A DNA stretch of 64,000 nt from an uncultured virus (IMG/VR IMGVR_UViG_3300006056_003323) (lineage: Duplodnaviria; Heunggongvirae; Uroviricota; Caudoviricetes), in IMG/VR virus record IMGVR_UViG_3300006056_003323; one strand, given 5' to 3'. Under the pieces are notes generated by a model that saw nothing but the letters and a program-made list of their open reading frames with translations, was not told the origin of the DNA and did not search any database. Below are positions 20,637 to 29,756 of this stretch, piece after piece. Position numbers and translations under genes: made by a program. The stretch's first letter is position 1; the number at the start of each line of letters is the position of its first letter.

Positions 20637-20872
20637 GCAGACGACCCGCACAGGCGAAAAAGCGCTTGGAGTCATTGAGGAGCACGGTGCAGTGCAACAC
20701 CCGCATCTCGAGGGGCGCCAAAGAGCTCTTCGAGCAAGAGGTCTTCCGGCGCCGGATCGAAGCGAAGACGAACGAGGAAGCGAAGAAGATCACGATGGGA
20801 TCTGTGCTTCGGGAAGTGCTCGAGCAGGCCGCGGCGAAGATCGCGGCTTCCGAAGAAGAGTCGAACGGATAG
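20633..20872 (+). CDS. putative RHH-like DNA-binding protein
   Basis: STVQCNTRI...KITMGSVLREVLEQA; paralog of 10701 N-terminal domain. Confidence 0.65.
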   Translation: MSRRPAQAKKRLESLRSTVQCNTRISRGAKELFEQEVFRRRIEAKTNEEAKKITMGSVLREVLEQAAAKIAASEEESNG

Positions 20873-20884
20873 AGAGAAGGCACC

Positions 20885-21172
20885 ATGAGCCGCACTTTGG
20901 ATCCAGTGTATCGGGGCCCCGTGAAGGTAACGTACCACGACATCGCCGTGAGAGAGTCTCCGGACATCTCCTGTGGAGAGTGCGGGGAGAAGCCTGCCGT
21001 AGAGGTCTTGCTCAAGACGGGAAAGCGCGTCGGGATTTGCGACCGATGCGCGAACTCTGCGTGGGGAGACTATGTTTTCTTGAACGTCGACCCAAGCCAG
21101 GTCACTGACATCCCCGAGAAGGAGGGTCGCAAGCAGTTCTTGGCGGCGAGGAGCGGGCGGAAGGACCGATGA
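20885..21172 (+). CDS. Zn-finger protein
   Basis: CGEC...CDRC. Confidence 0.7.
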   Translation: MSRTLDPVYRGPVKVTYHDIAVRESPDISCGECGEKPAVEVLLKTGKRVGICDRCANSAWGDYVFLNVDPSQVTDIPEKEGRKQFLAARSGRKDR

Positions 21173-21469
21173 ACCACAAAAAGCGATCGCTGCTCAGACC
21201 GGCGATGAGCCGGTACGAGCAGTTCATCTTCCTCTTCAACACCCTTGGATCGGCGCGCTCGAAGACTTGACGAGGAGGCAGCATCGTATGCTGAAGTCGC
21301 TGAAAAGCCTGCTCATGACGGCGCAGAGCATGCGAGGTCACGCGAAGGGTCGCGAGCTTCGGAGACGGGCGTTCGAGCGGATCAAAAGCTCGATCCGGAG
21401 ACGCGCATCCGCTTCGAGATCGCGCTGGGCATCAAGGACCCATCGGCGTATAGGAGCCGCGACAGATGA
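21169..21469 (+). pseudogene. hypothetical gene with two apparent -1 shifts at A-runs
   Basis: Adding one A near 21180 and one near 21385 gives a continuous ORF coupled by ATGA at both ends. Confidence 0.5.
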
Positions 21470-22132
21470 GCGACACCGACAAAAGACTCCTCCGCATCGA
21501 GGACGACCCGAGAGCGGTGAAGATCATCGAGCATGTGCGCGCATCCTACGCCAGAGGCGGAGTTCGAGTATCGCTGGATGATCGCTCCAACCCTCGAGGC
21601 TCTCGCTGCGAACGGGTTGGTTCCGATCGAATGGACAGAGACGGGATGGGCAGATCCGCACGACGCCGGCGCGTTGCTCACTGCGCTTCGAAACCCGCGA
21701 TCGCTGATCAACGCCGAGTAGCTGCTTCGGCAAGGACTCCAAGGAACCGAAGGTCGCTATGTCGGGCTTCGCCCTTGGGGTCAGCTATGCTCCCTCCCGT
21801 ACGCGGCGGAGAAGGGTCAATACGTTCCTTCTGAAAACGAGTTCGGATACAAGTCTGTATTCGAGTACGGTGTTGATCAAGACTGGATCGAGAAGACCAC
21901 TGGCACAGGTTCGAGCTACGGATCCAAAGGAGTGGAGAACGTGTGGTGCTGCGCGGATCAGATCTTTCGCGGACCCCCGTGGGTCACCATGCTCTACGAG
22001 ACGGGCTTCGGGATGTGGTGTTGGAAAGAGACGTTCGATCAGCAAGACTGGGCGCTGATCGTGAGAGAAGGCGACATTGGTTTCCCTTGGCCAAGGCTCG
22101 CGGATTCATCGGAGAGAGAACAGGAGAAGTGA
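21466..22132 (+). pseudogene. GPPW-family gene with frameshift (about 21530-21570) and in-frame TAG (21719-21721)
   Basis: NPRSLINAE*LLRQG...YVGLRPWGQLCSLP...GPPWV aligns with intact paralogs. Confidence 0.8.
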
Positions 22133-22136
22133 AGCG

Positions 22137-22358
22137 ATGAAGCCCTACGGGATGGACCGACGCGCGCATGCAGACGATGACGCTGCAGGTTGCTCGAGCA
22201 ACGGCCGGGCGACAGGCGTGTACTCGATCGCGGGTCGCGGAGGAGACGCCAGAGCGTACCGATCGCTGAGGGGAGGAAAGAAGGCCGCTCGCCGCCGACT
22301 GCTGAAGCGCAGAGCCCGGCGCGAGTGTCGTGTCGACATCGAGGCTGAGTCGAAGTGA
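22137..22358 (+). CDS. small basic protein (MKPYG...KRRARR)
   Basis: GTGA overlap at 3' end; Arg/Lys-rich. Confidence 0.65.
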   Translation: MKPYGMDRRAHADDDAAGCSSNGRATGVYSIAGRGGDARAYRSLRGGKKAARRRLLKRRARRECRVDIEAESK

Positions 22359-23053
22359 AGACAGCTGAAGAAGCGCAAGAGAGCAGGAGCCTGATGATCT
22401 CCGAGAAGCCACCGGCCAGAATGTTCTTCGTCGAGCGTGATCCGAAGGTCCGCGCTGCGGTACTCTCCCGTCGCGCTCCGGGGTCTCATTTCGACTTCAT
22501 CCTCGCCAATCTCGAAGACTTGATCTCGTTTTTGGCAACGAGAGACCTGGCGCCACTCGAGTGGGCCGACAATGACTGGATCCAAAAACACGGCAGGGAT
22601 GCCCTGCATATCGCGATGAGAAACCCGAAGGCGTTCATCGACGCAGAAACCCTTTTGCGAGAAGGCATGGATGGTTCTCCAGGGGAATACATTGGACTGC
22701 GATCGTGGGACCAGCTCTGTAGCTTGCCTCACGCAGGCGAGAGGGGATACTTTGTTCCGTGTCGAGATAACGTCACTGGCCTCTGCGACACGCTCGTGCG
22801 CGGCGAGCGCCTAGATGAAAAGTGGAGGACGATCACCCGCAAGACGGGTGCGAGCTACGGGAGCAGCAACCCTCACGCGTGGAAGTGCGCGAGGCAGATC
22901 TTGTTTGGTCCTCCCTGGGTCGCCGAGCTCTATCGCACCGGGTTTGGCCTCTGGTGCTGGAACGCGGACGGCGATCCGAAGTGGGTGCTGATCGCTCGAG
23001 ACGGCGAAGGGCTGCCGTGGCCCGAGCTCGATCAAGAATCGTCGGACGCCTAG
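22355..23053 (+). CDS. GPPW-family protein
   Basis: LAPLEW, NPKAFIDAETLLREG, YIGLRSW, GPPWVAELYRTGFGLWCW, ARDGEGLPWP. Confidence 0.8.
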   Translation: MKTAEEAQESRSLMISEKPPARMFFVERDPKVRAAVLSRRAPGSHFDFILANLEDLISFLATRDLAPLEWADNDWIQKHGRDALHIAMRNPKAFIDAETLLREGMDGSPGEYIGLRSWDQLCSLPHAGERGYFVPCRDNVTGLCDTLVRGERLDEKWRTITRKTGASYGSSNPHAWKCARQILFGPPWVAELYRTGFGLWCWNADGDPKWVLIARDGEGLPWPELDQESSDA

Positions 23054-23063
23054 ACGATCTGAC

Positions 23064-23092
23064 TTGACCGAGTATTACTCCAGAGCAATACT
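23064..23092 (+). promoter_or_regulatory. sigma70-like promoter overlapped by a 22-bp palindrome
   Basis: TTGACC-17-AATACT; AGTATTACTC-CA-GAGCAATACT. Confidence 0.6.
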
Positions 23093-23142
23093 TGCCTCAC
23101 AGACAGAGAAAGCAAGCTTTTCTCTGGAACGGAGAGAGTCGT

Positions 23143-23520
23143 ATGGCAACCAGATTGTATGGCATCAGCAGCGACCAGATCGAGGCGACGATCTCTGAGC
23201 GCGGATACACGTGCTCGGTCCGTGGCGGAACGATCTCCGTGCGGAACGCAAGCGGGAAGCGCTCGCACGGAGAGATCTTTCGGTGCCGGGATGGCGGATG
23301 GGATCACCGGCTTGACGGTAACGCGGTCCGAATTTGGGAGTCCCTCTCGAGGATCGCCTCGACAGAGGCTCCTGCGACCGACGCTGTCGACCAGCGCGGG
23401 CTGCGTGAGGCGGTCCTCGCAGGGAACGCCAGGTCGCTCGGGTACACCGACGAGCAGATCGCGGACGCCACGCGACACGGCGTCGTCAGCCAGAGCGCTG
23501 CGATGAACCAAGACGACTGA
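23143..23520 (+). CDS. hypothetical protein
   Basis: GGAG RBS. Confidence 0.65.
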   Translation: MATRLYGISSDQIEATISERGYTCSVRGGTISVRNASGKRSHGEIFRCRDGGWDHRLDGNAVRIWESLSRIASTEAPATDAVDQRGLREAVLAGNARSLGYTDEQIADATRHGVVSQSAAMNQDD

Positions 23521-23607
23521 GCGAACGCTCACAGAGTGCCATCGGGCGTTGGGCGCTGTCGTGGAGGCAGCGCCGAGCGACCGAGCTCGGAGAGATAGGA
23601 GACGACG

Positions 23608-24222
23608 ATGCCACAGGTTATCGGAGAGAGCGGATTCAGATTTTTGCGCGCCCTCGCGAGGGCGCATGGCCACGGATGGGCCGCGTTCGCGACCGACGAC
23701 GACGCGTACGACGCGGAGGACCGCACGTTCGGATGGATCGCCGATCGCATCCACAAGCGGATGCTCGCGGCCGAAGCCGAGTTGTTCGCGGGAGCGGATC
23801 TCGGATTGCGACCGACCCTCGAGCACCGGACGGCGTCGGGACGACTCCGCTGGCGCGTAAGTCTCGGCTGCTGGGAAATCTCGGCGTGGCGCGCGGGGCA
23901 AGCGTGCGGCGGTCTCGCTGGCGACGTGTGCGTCGCGAGCGTCGAGAAAAGCGGCGACGCGCTTCAGGTGCGCGTGGGATCGGCGCTTTCCGCTGGCGCG
24001 GCGATGGCTCTCGCGCGTGCGCTGAGCGAGGCGACGGCGCTGGTCGAGATTGAGAACTACGGCGACGAACGCGCGGAAAAGCTCGCGCAGGATATCACCG
24101 AAGTTCTCTCCTCGACGCCAGCCACAGACGAGGAATACGCAGCGCAGAGTCGCGTCCTGCTGGCCCTGTTCGCTGCGTACGCCGTCAGCGAGACAGCGTC
24201 GACCGACTGTCAGAGCGCGTGA
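23608..24222 (+). CDS. hypothetical protein
   Basis: AGGAG RBS. Confidence 0.65.
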   Translation: MPQVIGESGFRFLRALARAHGHGWAAFATDDDAYDAEDRTFGWIADRIHKRMLAAEAELFAGADLGLRPTLEHRTASGRLRWRVSLGCWEISAWRAGQACGGLAGDVCVASVEKSGDALQVRVGSALSAGAAMALARALSEATALVEIENYGDERAEKLAQDITEVLSSTPATDEEYAAQSRVLLALFAAYAVSETASTDCQSA

Positions 24223-24260
24223 CAAGACGAGCGCCAAGAACGCAGAGAGGACGAGCCCAC

Positions 24261-24491
24261 GTGTCCAAGGAACACCACGAAGGACCGACGCTGCACGACC
24301 CGCTCAACGTCGTTGGACGACGAGTGACGAGCTTACGTCTGATCGAGCAGTCGCCGCTCAGCGATGATCCCTCAGTGCCGCGCGGGACGGCGGGAGATGT
24401 CCAAGACTGGGACTTGTGCAACAAGCTCTACGCGGTCGATTTCGGAGATCCGTACGGCGTGGTTCTGTGCTGCGCCGAAGAAATTTCGTGA
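24261..24491 (+). CDS. small beta-barrel-like protein (DUF4926-like)
   Basis: VPRGTAGDV...YAVDF pattern. Confidence 0.5.
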   Translation: MSKEHHEGPTLHDPLNVVGRRVTSLRLIEQSPLSDDPSVPRGTAGDVQDWDLCNKLYAVDFGDPYGVVLCCAEEIS

Positions 24492-24529
24492 CGACAGAAA
24501 AGCTCGGTCCAAGTCTCAAGGAAGATCCA

Positions 24530-24916
24530 ATGAAGAAGCGGAAGCCTGTCAAAACACAAGATGAAAAGCGAGATGACGGTCTCCCCGTCGTCGTCAGCGC
24601 CCGCTACCCGCCAGCGCTACTGAAGTCGATCGACGATACGCGCGGAGAGACGCCTCGGCAAACGTGGCTCGTCGAGGCTGCGCGACAGAGGCTCGAGCGC
24701 GACGAGCGGGAGCGACTCGCTGCAGCGCTCGCTGACGAGTATTTGGAGTTGCTGCGCGCTGGCGTGCCACCGAGCGATCCGCGTCAAGTCGCTCTGCAAG
24801 AGCGGCTGAGCGAGTGGGCACGCGGCGGTCGCCCCGTGACAAAGCTCAGCGACGAGGCCGCAGCCAGGGCCCGCAAGTGGTTTGGCAGCGACGATGGAGG
24901 CTCTAGCGACCAATGA
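24530..24916 (+). CDS. ribbon-helix-helix DNA-binding protein
   Basis: VVVSARYPPALLKSIDD...RQTWLVEAARQRLE. Confidence 0.65.
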   Translation: MKKRKPVKTQDEKRDDGLPVVVSARYPPALLKSIDDTRGETPRQTWLVEAARQRLERDERERLAAALADEYLELLRAGVPPSDPRQVALQERLSEWARGGRPVTKLSDEAAARARKWFGSDDGGSSDQ

Positions 24917-25344
24917 ACTACTTCGAGTTCCAAAGAGCGGTTCTGGCGCTGATTCAAGAAACGCCGTCGCGAGGATCTGTGTCTCAGCAAGATGTAGAGA
25001 TCTTTGTGAGCGCATCCACGCTGGACTTCGCGGAGTACGCGCGCGGTCTCGGCGGTGGTGCGGAGATCGCGATCGAGATCGCTCGGTTTTCGATCATCAA
25101 GCCGGCGCTGCATGGATCGCAGCAGTTCACGAGCTGTTTCGTTGGTGGCCGACTAGCCATCGGGCCGGACTTCACCGTAGACGATTGTCTCTCTGCCGAT
25201 GAGAAGTCTCGCCAGAGGCCGCAAGATCGACAGCTGGTGGCCATCAAGATGTATGGGCTTCCTCGTATGGTGATGCCAGCGGACCTCGCCGCGATGGCGG
25301 TTTACGAGCAGTGGCCGCTACGGCAGAAAGGCGACAACACGTGA
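24913..25344 (+). CDS. hypothetical protein
   Basis: Coupled ORF. Confidence 0.65.
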   Translation: MNYFEFQRAVLALIQETPSRGSVSQQDVEIFVSASTLDFAEYARGLGGGAEIAIEIARFSIIKPALHGSQQFTSCFVGGRLAIGPDFTVDDCLSADEKSRQRPQDRQLVAIKMYGLPRMVMPADLAAMAVYEQWPLRQKGDNT

Positions 25345-25985
25345 CCATGATCCTGCATGTCGTTCGCGATCCTCGCGCCGCCGAGGTACTCGAGCAATTC
25401 CCAGCAGAGCGGCAGTGGGATGGCGAGAGGTTTGTCTACGACGAAGCCGTCGAGGCACTCGTCTCGCATGACCTCGCCCCGATCGAGTGGACCGACCGTG
25501 AGTGGAGCAAGCGTCACTGGGCAGACGCGCTTCGGATTTCGCTTCACAATCCCCAGGCGTTGGTCACTGCTGAGACGCTGCTGCGCGAGGGGATCAACGG
25601 GACAGGCGGGGAGTATGTCGGCCTTCGATCGTGGGAGCAGCTCCTCTCTGCCCCTTACTCTCACGACCGCGGAAGGTATCTTCCTGCCGCGCGCGCATCA
25701 GGCTTTTTCTCTGTGAAACCATCGGAACTCGCGCAGTGGTGGGTGTCGAGGTCGCTCAATAGCGGCAGCTGCTACGGCGGGTATCCCGGATCGCTCGCGT
25801 GGCGATGCGCTGACCAGATCCTCGGCGGCCCTCCTTGGGTCGCCTCGCTGTACCAGACCGGCTTCGGGCTGTGGTGCTGGGAAGATGATTGGGGCTCTCC
25901 CAAGTGGGCGCTGATCGCTCGAGACGGCGAAGGGCTGCCTTGGCCCGAGCTGAAGAGCGACTGCGAGTCTGCGTTGTCCGAGTAG
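25341..25985 (+). CDS. GPPW-family protein
   Basis: LAPIEW...YVGLRSW...GPPWVASLYQTGFGLWCW...ARDGEGLPWP. Confidence 0.8.
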   Translation: MTMILHVVRDPRAAEVLEQFPAERQWDGERFVYDEAVEALVSHDLAPIEWTDREWSKRHWADALRISLHNPQALVTAETLLREGINGTGGEYVGLRSWEQLLSAPYSHDRGRYLPAARASGFFSVKPSELAQWWVSRSLNSGSCYGGYPGSLAWRCADQILGGPPWVASLYQTGFGLWCWEDDWGSPKWALIARDGEGLPWPELKSDCESALSE

Positions 25986-26026
25986 AATGAATTCAGAAAC
26001 CTAATCAACACGAGAAAAGGAAGCCA

Positions 26027-26266
26027 ATGAAGAAGCACAGCGCAAACGCACACGATACCTGCGCCCCAGCAGGCGCGGGATGCACCTACGATCGCGTTTG
26101 GCGAGGGCACAGATTCTTCTTCATGCGCTGTCTCGACGGGTGCACGGAGGCGCTTTACGACCACGACCGGTGCGAGGTGCGACTCGTCGTCACCGACGCG
26201 GTGCGAGAGTTCGCGCGACGACGAGCGGAGCAGCAGCGCCGAGAGCGCGACGGGTACAAGTCGTGA
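26027..26266 (+). CDS. hypothetical protein
   Basis: AAGGA RBS; GTGA overlap. Confidence 0.6.
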   Translation: MKKHSANAHDTCAPAGAGCTYDRVWRGHRFFFMRCLDGCTEALYDHDRCEVRLVVTDAVREFARRRAEQQRRERDGYKS

Positions 26267-26976
26267 GCCGCATCTTGCGCATCTCCCCAGATCCTCTTGC
26301 TGTCGAAGCCATCAAGCAGTGGTCTTCGGACCGACCGCGCGATGACGATGAGGACATTGTCGGCGAGCTCATCGAGACGCTCGCGGCAAGAAGCCTCGCT
26401 CCGATGGAGTGGACGCTGCCAGAGTGGCGCTCGCAGCACGGGAGCGAGCCCACGTTGATTCTCGCCCTCCGAAACCCCGAAGCCCTCCTGACGGCCGAGA
26501 GGCTACTGGGCGACGAACTCAATGGGACATGCGGTCACTACGTGGGCGTTCGCTCGTGGAAGCATCTTTGCTCGACATCCTACTCCGAGGATCGCGGCGG
26601 ACACGTTCCGTCGCTGCGATCGTCGGGATTCGACCGCGTCCGCTCGACTCTTCCGCTCTCGCGGAAGTGGCTCGATGCGACGCGAGGCAGCGGACGGATC
26701 TACGGCGACCCAGGCCCGCTCGCATGGCGTTGCGCTGACCAGATCCTCGCTGGACCTCCTTGGATCGACGCGCTCTACCGAGCAGGCTTTGGGCTGTGGT
26801 GCTGGGAGGAGTGCTCCGGCGCCCCGGGGTGGGCGCTGATCGCACGCGACGGAAACGGCCTGCCGTGGCCCGAGGTGGAGTTCAGCTTGAATACGGAGTC
26901 GAGATGGGAAGAGTTTTGGTCAGCCGCCTCTGAGCTCGAGAGCCTCGCTGGGCGGATGAGGGGTGAGCGAGGATGA
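26263..26976 (+). CDS. GPPW-family protein
   Basis: LAPMEW...YVGVRSW...GPPWIDALYRAGFGLWCW...ARDGNGLPWP. Confidence 0.8.
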   Translation: MSRILRISPDPLAVEAIKQWSSDRPRDDDEDIVGELIETLAARSLAPMEWTLPEWRSQHGSEPTLILALRNPEALLTAERLLGDELNGTCGHYVGVRSWKHLCSTSYSEDRGGHVPSLRSSGFDRVRSTLPLSRKWLDATRGSGRIYGDPGPLAWRCADQILAGPPWIDALYRAGFGLWCWEECSGAPGWALIARDGNGLPWPEVEFSLNTESRWEEFWSAASELESLAGRMRGERG

Positions 26977-27158
26977 TCACGAACTTGCGATGCCATAAGT
27001 GCAACCCGAAGGTCTGTCCGAGCAAAGCCGTCGAGTGCGCGAGGCACCTCCACGAAGCGGCGATCGACCAGGGCTGCGTGCTGTCCACGGAGCGGTTCCG
27101 TGAGGAAGAGATCATCTTGACGACGAACATCTTTGTTTCGAGGAGACGCGAGCGATGA
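26973..27158 (+). CDS. small Cys-rich protein
   Basis: ATGA overlaps. Confidence 0.55.
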   Translation: MITNLRCHKCNPKVCPSKAVECARHLHEAAIDQGCVLSTERFREEEIILTTNIFVSRRRER

Positions 27159-27448
27159 GCGTCCCGTACAGAACGCCGGCGCCTCCGCTAGAAGATCCCT
27201 TCTGCTACATCGTCCTCACGACGCAAGATCTGTACGACATGGGCCGCATCGGATGGAGCACGTACCGATCGCCCCTCAGCGCGTTCGCCGACTACGCGAC
27301 AGAGGTCCTTCGCCGGCTCGCTGGAGACAGGTCCTACAAGCTCTACCTCGCCAGGGTTCAGCGATCGATGGTGGCGACGCCTGAGGATCTCTGGCATCTC
27401 CTCGACGCTCTCGAGTCTGGCGAAGTGAAGTGCATATTGTCGACCTGA
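27155..27448 (+). CDS. hypothetical protein
   Basis: GAGGAG RBS, ATGA overlap. Confidence 0.65.
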   Translation: MSVPYRTPAPPLEDPFCYIVLTTQDLYDMGRIGWSTYRSPLSAFADYATEVLRRLAGDRSYKLYLARVQRSMVATPEDLWHLLDALESGEVKCILST

Positions 27449-27490
27449 GACTTGCCAAGACGACCACTCGACGTGCTACAGATCGCTCCC

Positions 27491-27979
27491 ATGAGCAAGG
27501 TGATGCTGAGCGACGAGACGAAGAAGAAGGCCGCGCAAGCGATGGTCGCGGACCTGTTCGCGATCCACCCGAACGTGATCCGAGCGTTCCTCGTCAACGA
27601 TCAAAAGACGATGGCTGCCATCGCCTGGGAAGGCGTGACCCTGGATTATCAGGCGGAGCAGAGCGCCTATGCAGATTGGCGCGTCCTGTGCTCGTGGGAC
27701 ACGCGAGAGGAAGATCTCCGCCAAGAGATCGACGAGTGGATCGGAAGCTCTGACAACCAAGAAGTCAAGGAGAACGTCGAGGTCATCCTCCTCTCGCTCG
27801 CGCTCGATGAGGTGGCGGCGGACCTCTTCATCGTTTGGCAAGACCAGTCGATGCTGTTCCGATCGGACGCCGCTGCGGTGCGCGCGGTCCGCGAGGGCAT
27901 CGTGGTCGCGAAGGAAAAGGCCCTGTCGATGCTGCTCGAGTCCTCGGCGTGGGACCTCGTGCCAGCGGGCAGCAACTAG
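27491..27979 (+). CDS. hypothetical protein
   Basis: ORF MSKVMLSDE... Confidence 0.7.
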   Translation: MSKVMLSDETKKKAAQAMVADLFAIHPNVIRAFLVNDQKTMAAIAWEGVTLDYQAEQSAYADWRVLCSWDTREEDLRQEIDEWIGSSDNQEVKENVEVILLSLALDEVAADLFIVWQDQSMLFRSDAAAVRAVREGIVVAKEKALSMLLESSAWDLVPAGSN

Positions 27980-28008
27980 GCATCAGCTCGAAGCGAAGGA
28001 GTCGCCCG

Positions 28009-28788
28009 ATGATCGAGAAGCTCAAGAAGCTGCTGAGGATGAGGTTGTACGACAAGGAGGCAGTCAAGAAGCTCTGTGAACGAAACGCAGACCTGCGGGA
28101 ACGAGCTCGTCCCAACGACGATCTGCAGAGCAAGGTCAGCCTTTACGACATGATGCAAGAGCAGCTCGAGTCGTGCCTAAGCGACCGCAGGGAAGCGATG
28201 TACGATCGCTTTCGATCAAACGCCGCGATGGTGAGCGCGGCGCGCGCGTTCGCGGAGAGGGAGTCCGCGCTGCTCGCCCGCATCGAGCGGCTGCAGTCGA
28301 TCGTCGATCGACTCCCGAAGGAGTCGCGGTGGAAGCTCTCGGAGAAGGTGACGCCGTCGAGCAAGACGCTGTTCGAGTGCGGAAGCTGCTGCAGGCTCTC
28401 TGTCGGTCCGGACAAGGTCTGCCCGAGCGGTTGTCGCTCGTGGGATGGAATGCCGACGATCGCGCCTGAGCCGTTCTCCGGCGATGGGTTTCGAGGAGAT
28501 GCTCTGCCGGAGACGCTTCGAACGCTCGAGCAGCATTCGGTCTGCGCGATCTGCGGCAAGACGGTTCGCCCACATGGGTACGTGCACGTCGTCCGTGATC
28601 CGAAGCCTCGGTTCGCGTCCGTCCACGAGCCGCACGGCATGGAGGACTCTGAGGTCGAGGGCGGGTGGTGGCCTGTCGACGAAGACTGCGCGAAGCTTTT
28701 CCCGGACTCGCACATCTGCATGACGCTGCCTCAGGCCCATAGCGCGCCTCGACCGCCGACGAGTCTCCTCCCTCCAGAAGCGCGCTGA
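28009..28788 (+). CDS. coiled-coil plus Zn-finger protein
   Basis: AAGGAG RBS; CxxC motifs. Confidence 0.7.
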   Translation: MIEKLKKLLRMRLYDKEAVKKLCERNADLRERARPNDDLQSKVSLYDMMQEQLESCLSDRREAMYDRFRSNAAMVSAARAFAERESALLARIERLQSIVDRLPKESRWKLSEKVTPSSKTLFECGSCCRLSVGPDKVCPSGCRSWDGMPTIAPEPFSGDGFRGDALPETLRTLEQHSVCAICGKTVRPHGYVHVVRDPKPRFASVHEPHGMEDSEVEGGWWPVDEDCAKLFPDSHICMTLPQAHSAPRPPTSLLPPEAR

Positions 28789-28803
28789 TCAAAGAGGTCT
28801 GCG

Positions 28804-29292
28804 ATGGCAAAGCCGAAGATCCGACCTGATGTTGGCAGCCCCGAGTGGAGGCTCCTCAACGCCTTGGAGAGCTACGAGAGCAGCATGCTTGCTGCCAAGC
28901 AGGAGCTCGACGAAGGCGATCCTGAAGGGGCTGAGCAACATCTGTTCTCGGCTTTCAATACGCTCTCCAGAGTCGTATCCAAGTCAAACGACGGCTATCC
29001 GTACCCAGACATGAGCAAGCAGGAGCGCGTCGACATCGTGATCCGACTCGCTTGGATCATCTGCGGATACGGGTACCCGGATCGCGCCGCCGAGCTGGCG
29101 ATGAAGCACTACGAAGACGTGCCAGGGTCCTCGACTCAAGGCGCTCGCCTGCGGGAGGTGATCCGTGCAGCATGGGCGCAGAGCGGGTACACGGCGAAGA
29201 GCGATCGAGAAGCGATCAATGGCATCGCGGGCACGAAGAAGCTCGCGAAGGCGATCATCGAAGCGAAGCGCAAGAAGCGAGAAGAGAAGTAA
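28804..29292 (+). CDS. helical (TPR-like) hypothetical protein
   Basis: Similar to 29749. Confidence 0.7.
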   Translation: MAKPKIRPDVGSPEWRLLNALESYESSMLAAKQELDEGDPEGAEQHLFSAFNTLSRVVSKSNDGYPYPDMSKQERVDIVIRLAWIICGYGYPDRAAELAMKHYEDVPGSSTQGARLREVIRAAWAQSGYTAKSDREAINGIAGTKKLAKAIIEAKRKKREEK

Positions 29293-29294
29293 TC

Positions 29295-29756
29295 ATGGCC
29301 AGAGAAGATTGTTGGGAGCCGACGGGAAGCGTCAACGTGTTCGAGCGAGCGTTCGGAGAGCTGTTGCTGCGAATCGTCAACGAAGAGGAGCGCTGCCGGT
29401 GGTTCGTCCTCTTGGATGGACTCGAAAATGTTTGCCTTCGCGAAGGGTCGTCGGCTCCGTACGGAGCCTACCTGAAGGAAAACGATGCTTGGGACGAAGC
29501 CTGCGAGGCTGCGTACGGGGCTGCCAGGAAGATCTGCTCCGGCGCAACGAAAGAGCTCGAGGAGAAGCTCGAGCACGCGAAGCTCTCTCTTCCTGCGGAG
29601 AAACGCGCGGCAGGCAGGCTCGCTGCCAGAGACGCGCTCGGAGAGTACGCCGAGACGCTCGAAGATCGAGCCGCAGCGATGCGAGCGGAAGCCACGGTGC
29701 TCGAGGCCGTGGCAAAGGAGATGCGGAAGAGGGCCGAGGAACGCTATCGTGACTGA
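29295..29756 (+). CDS. hypothetical protein
   Basis: ORF MAREDCWEP... Confidence 0.7.
   Translation: MAREDCWEPTGSVNVFERAFGELLLRIVNEEERCRWFVLLDGLENVCLREGSSAPYGAYLKENDAWDEACEAAYGAARKICSGATKELEEKLEHAKLSLPAEKRAAGRLAARDALGEYAETLEDRAAAMRAEATVLEAVAKEMRKRAEERYRD

Noticed and set aside
21719..21721. Genome-wide TAG recoding suggested by an in-frame amber
   Set aside because: Many genes end at TAG with the next gene starting right after (e.g. 4598, 10031, 39742, 60403); only one internal TAG was seen.
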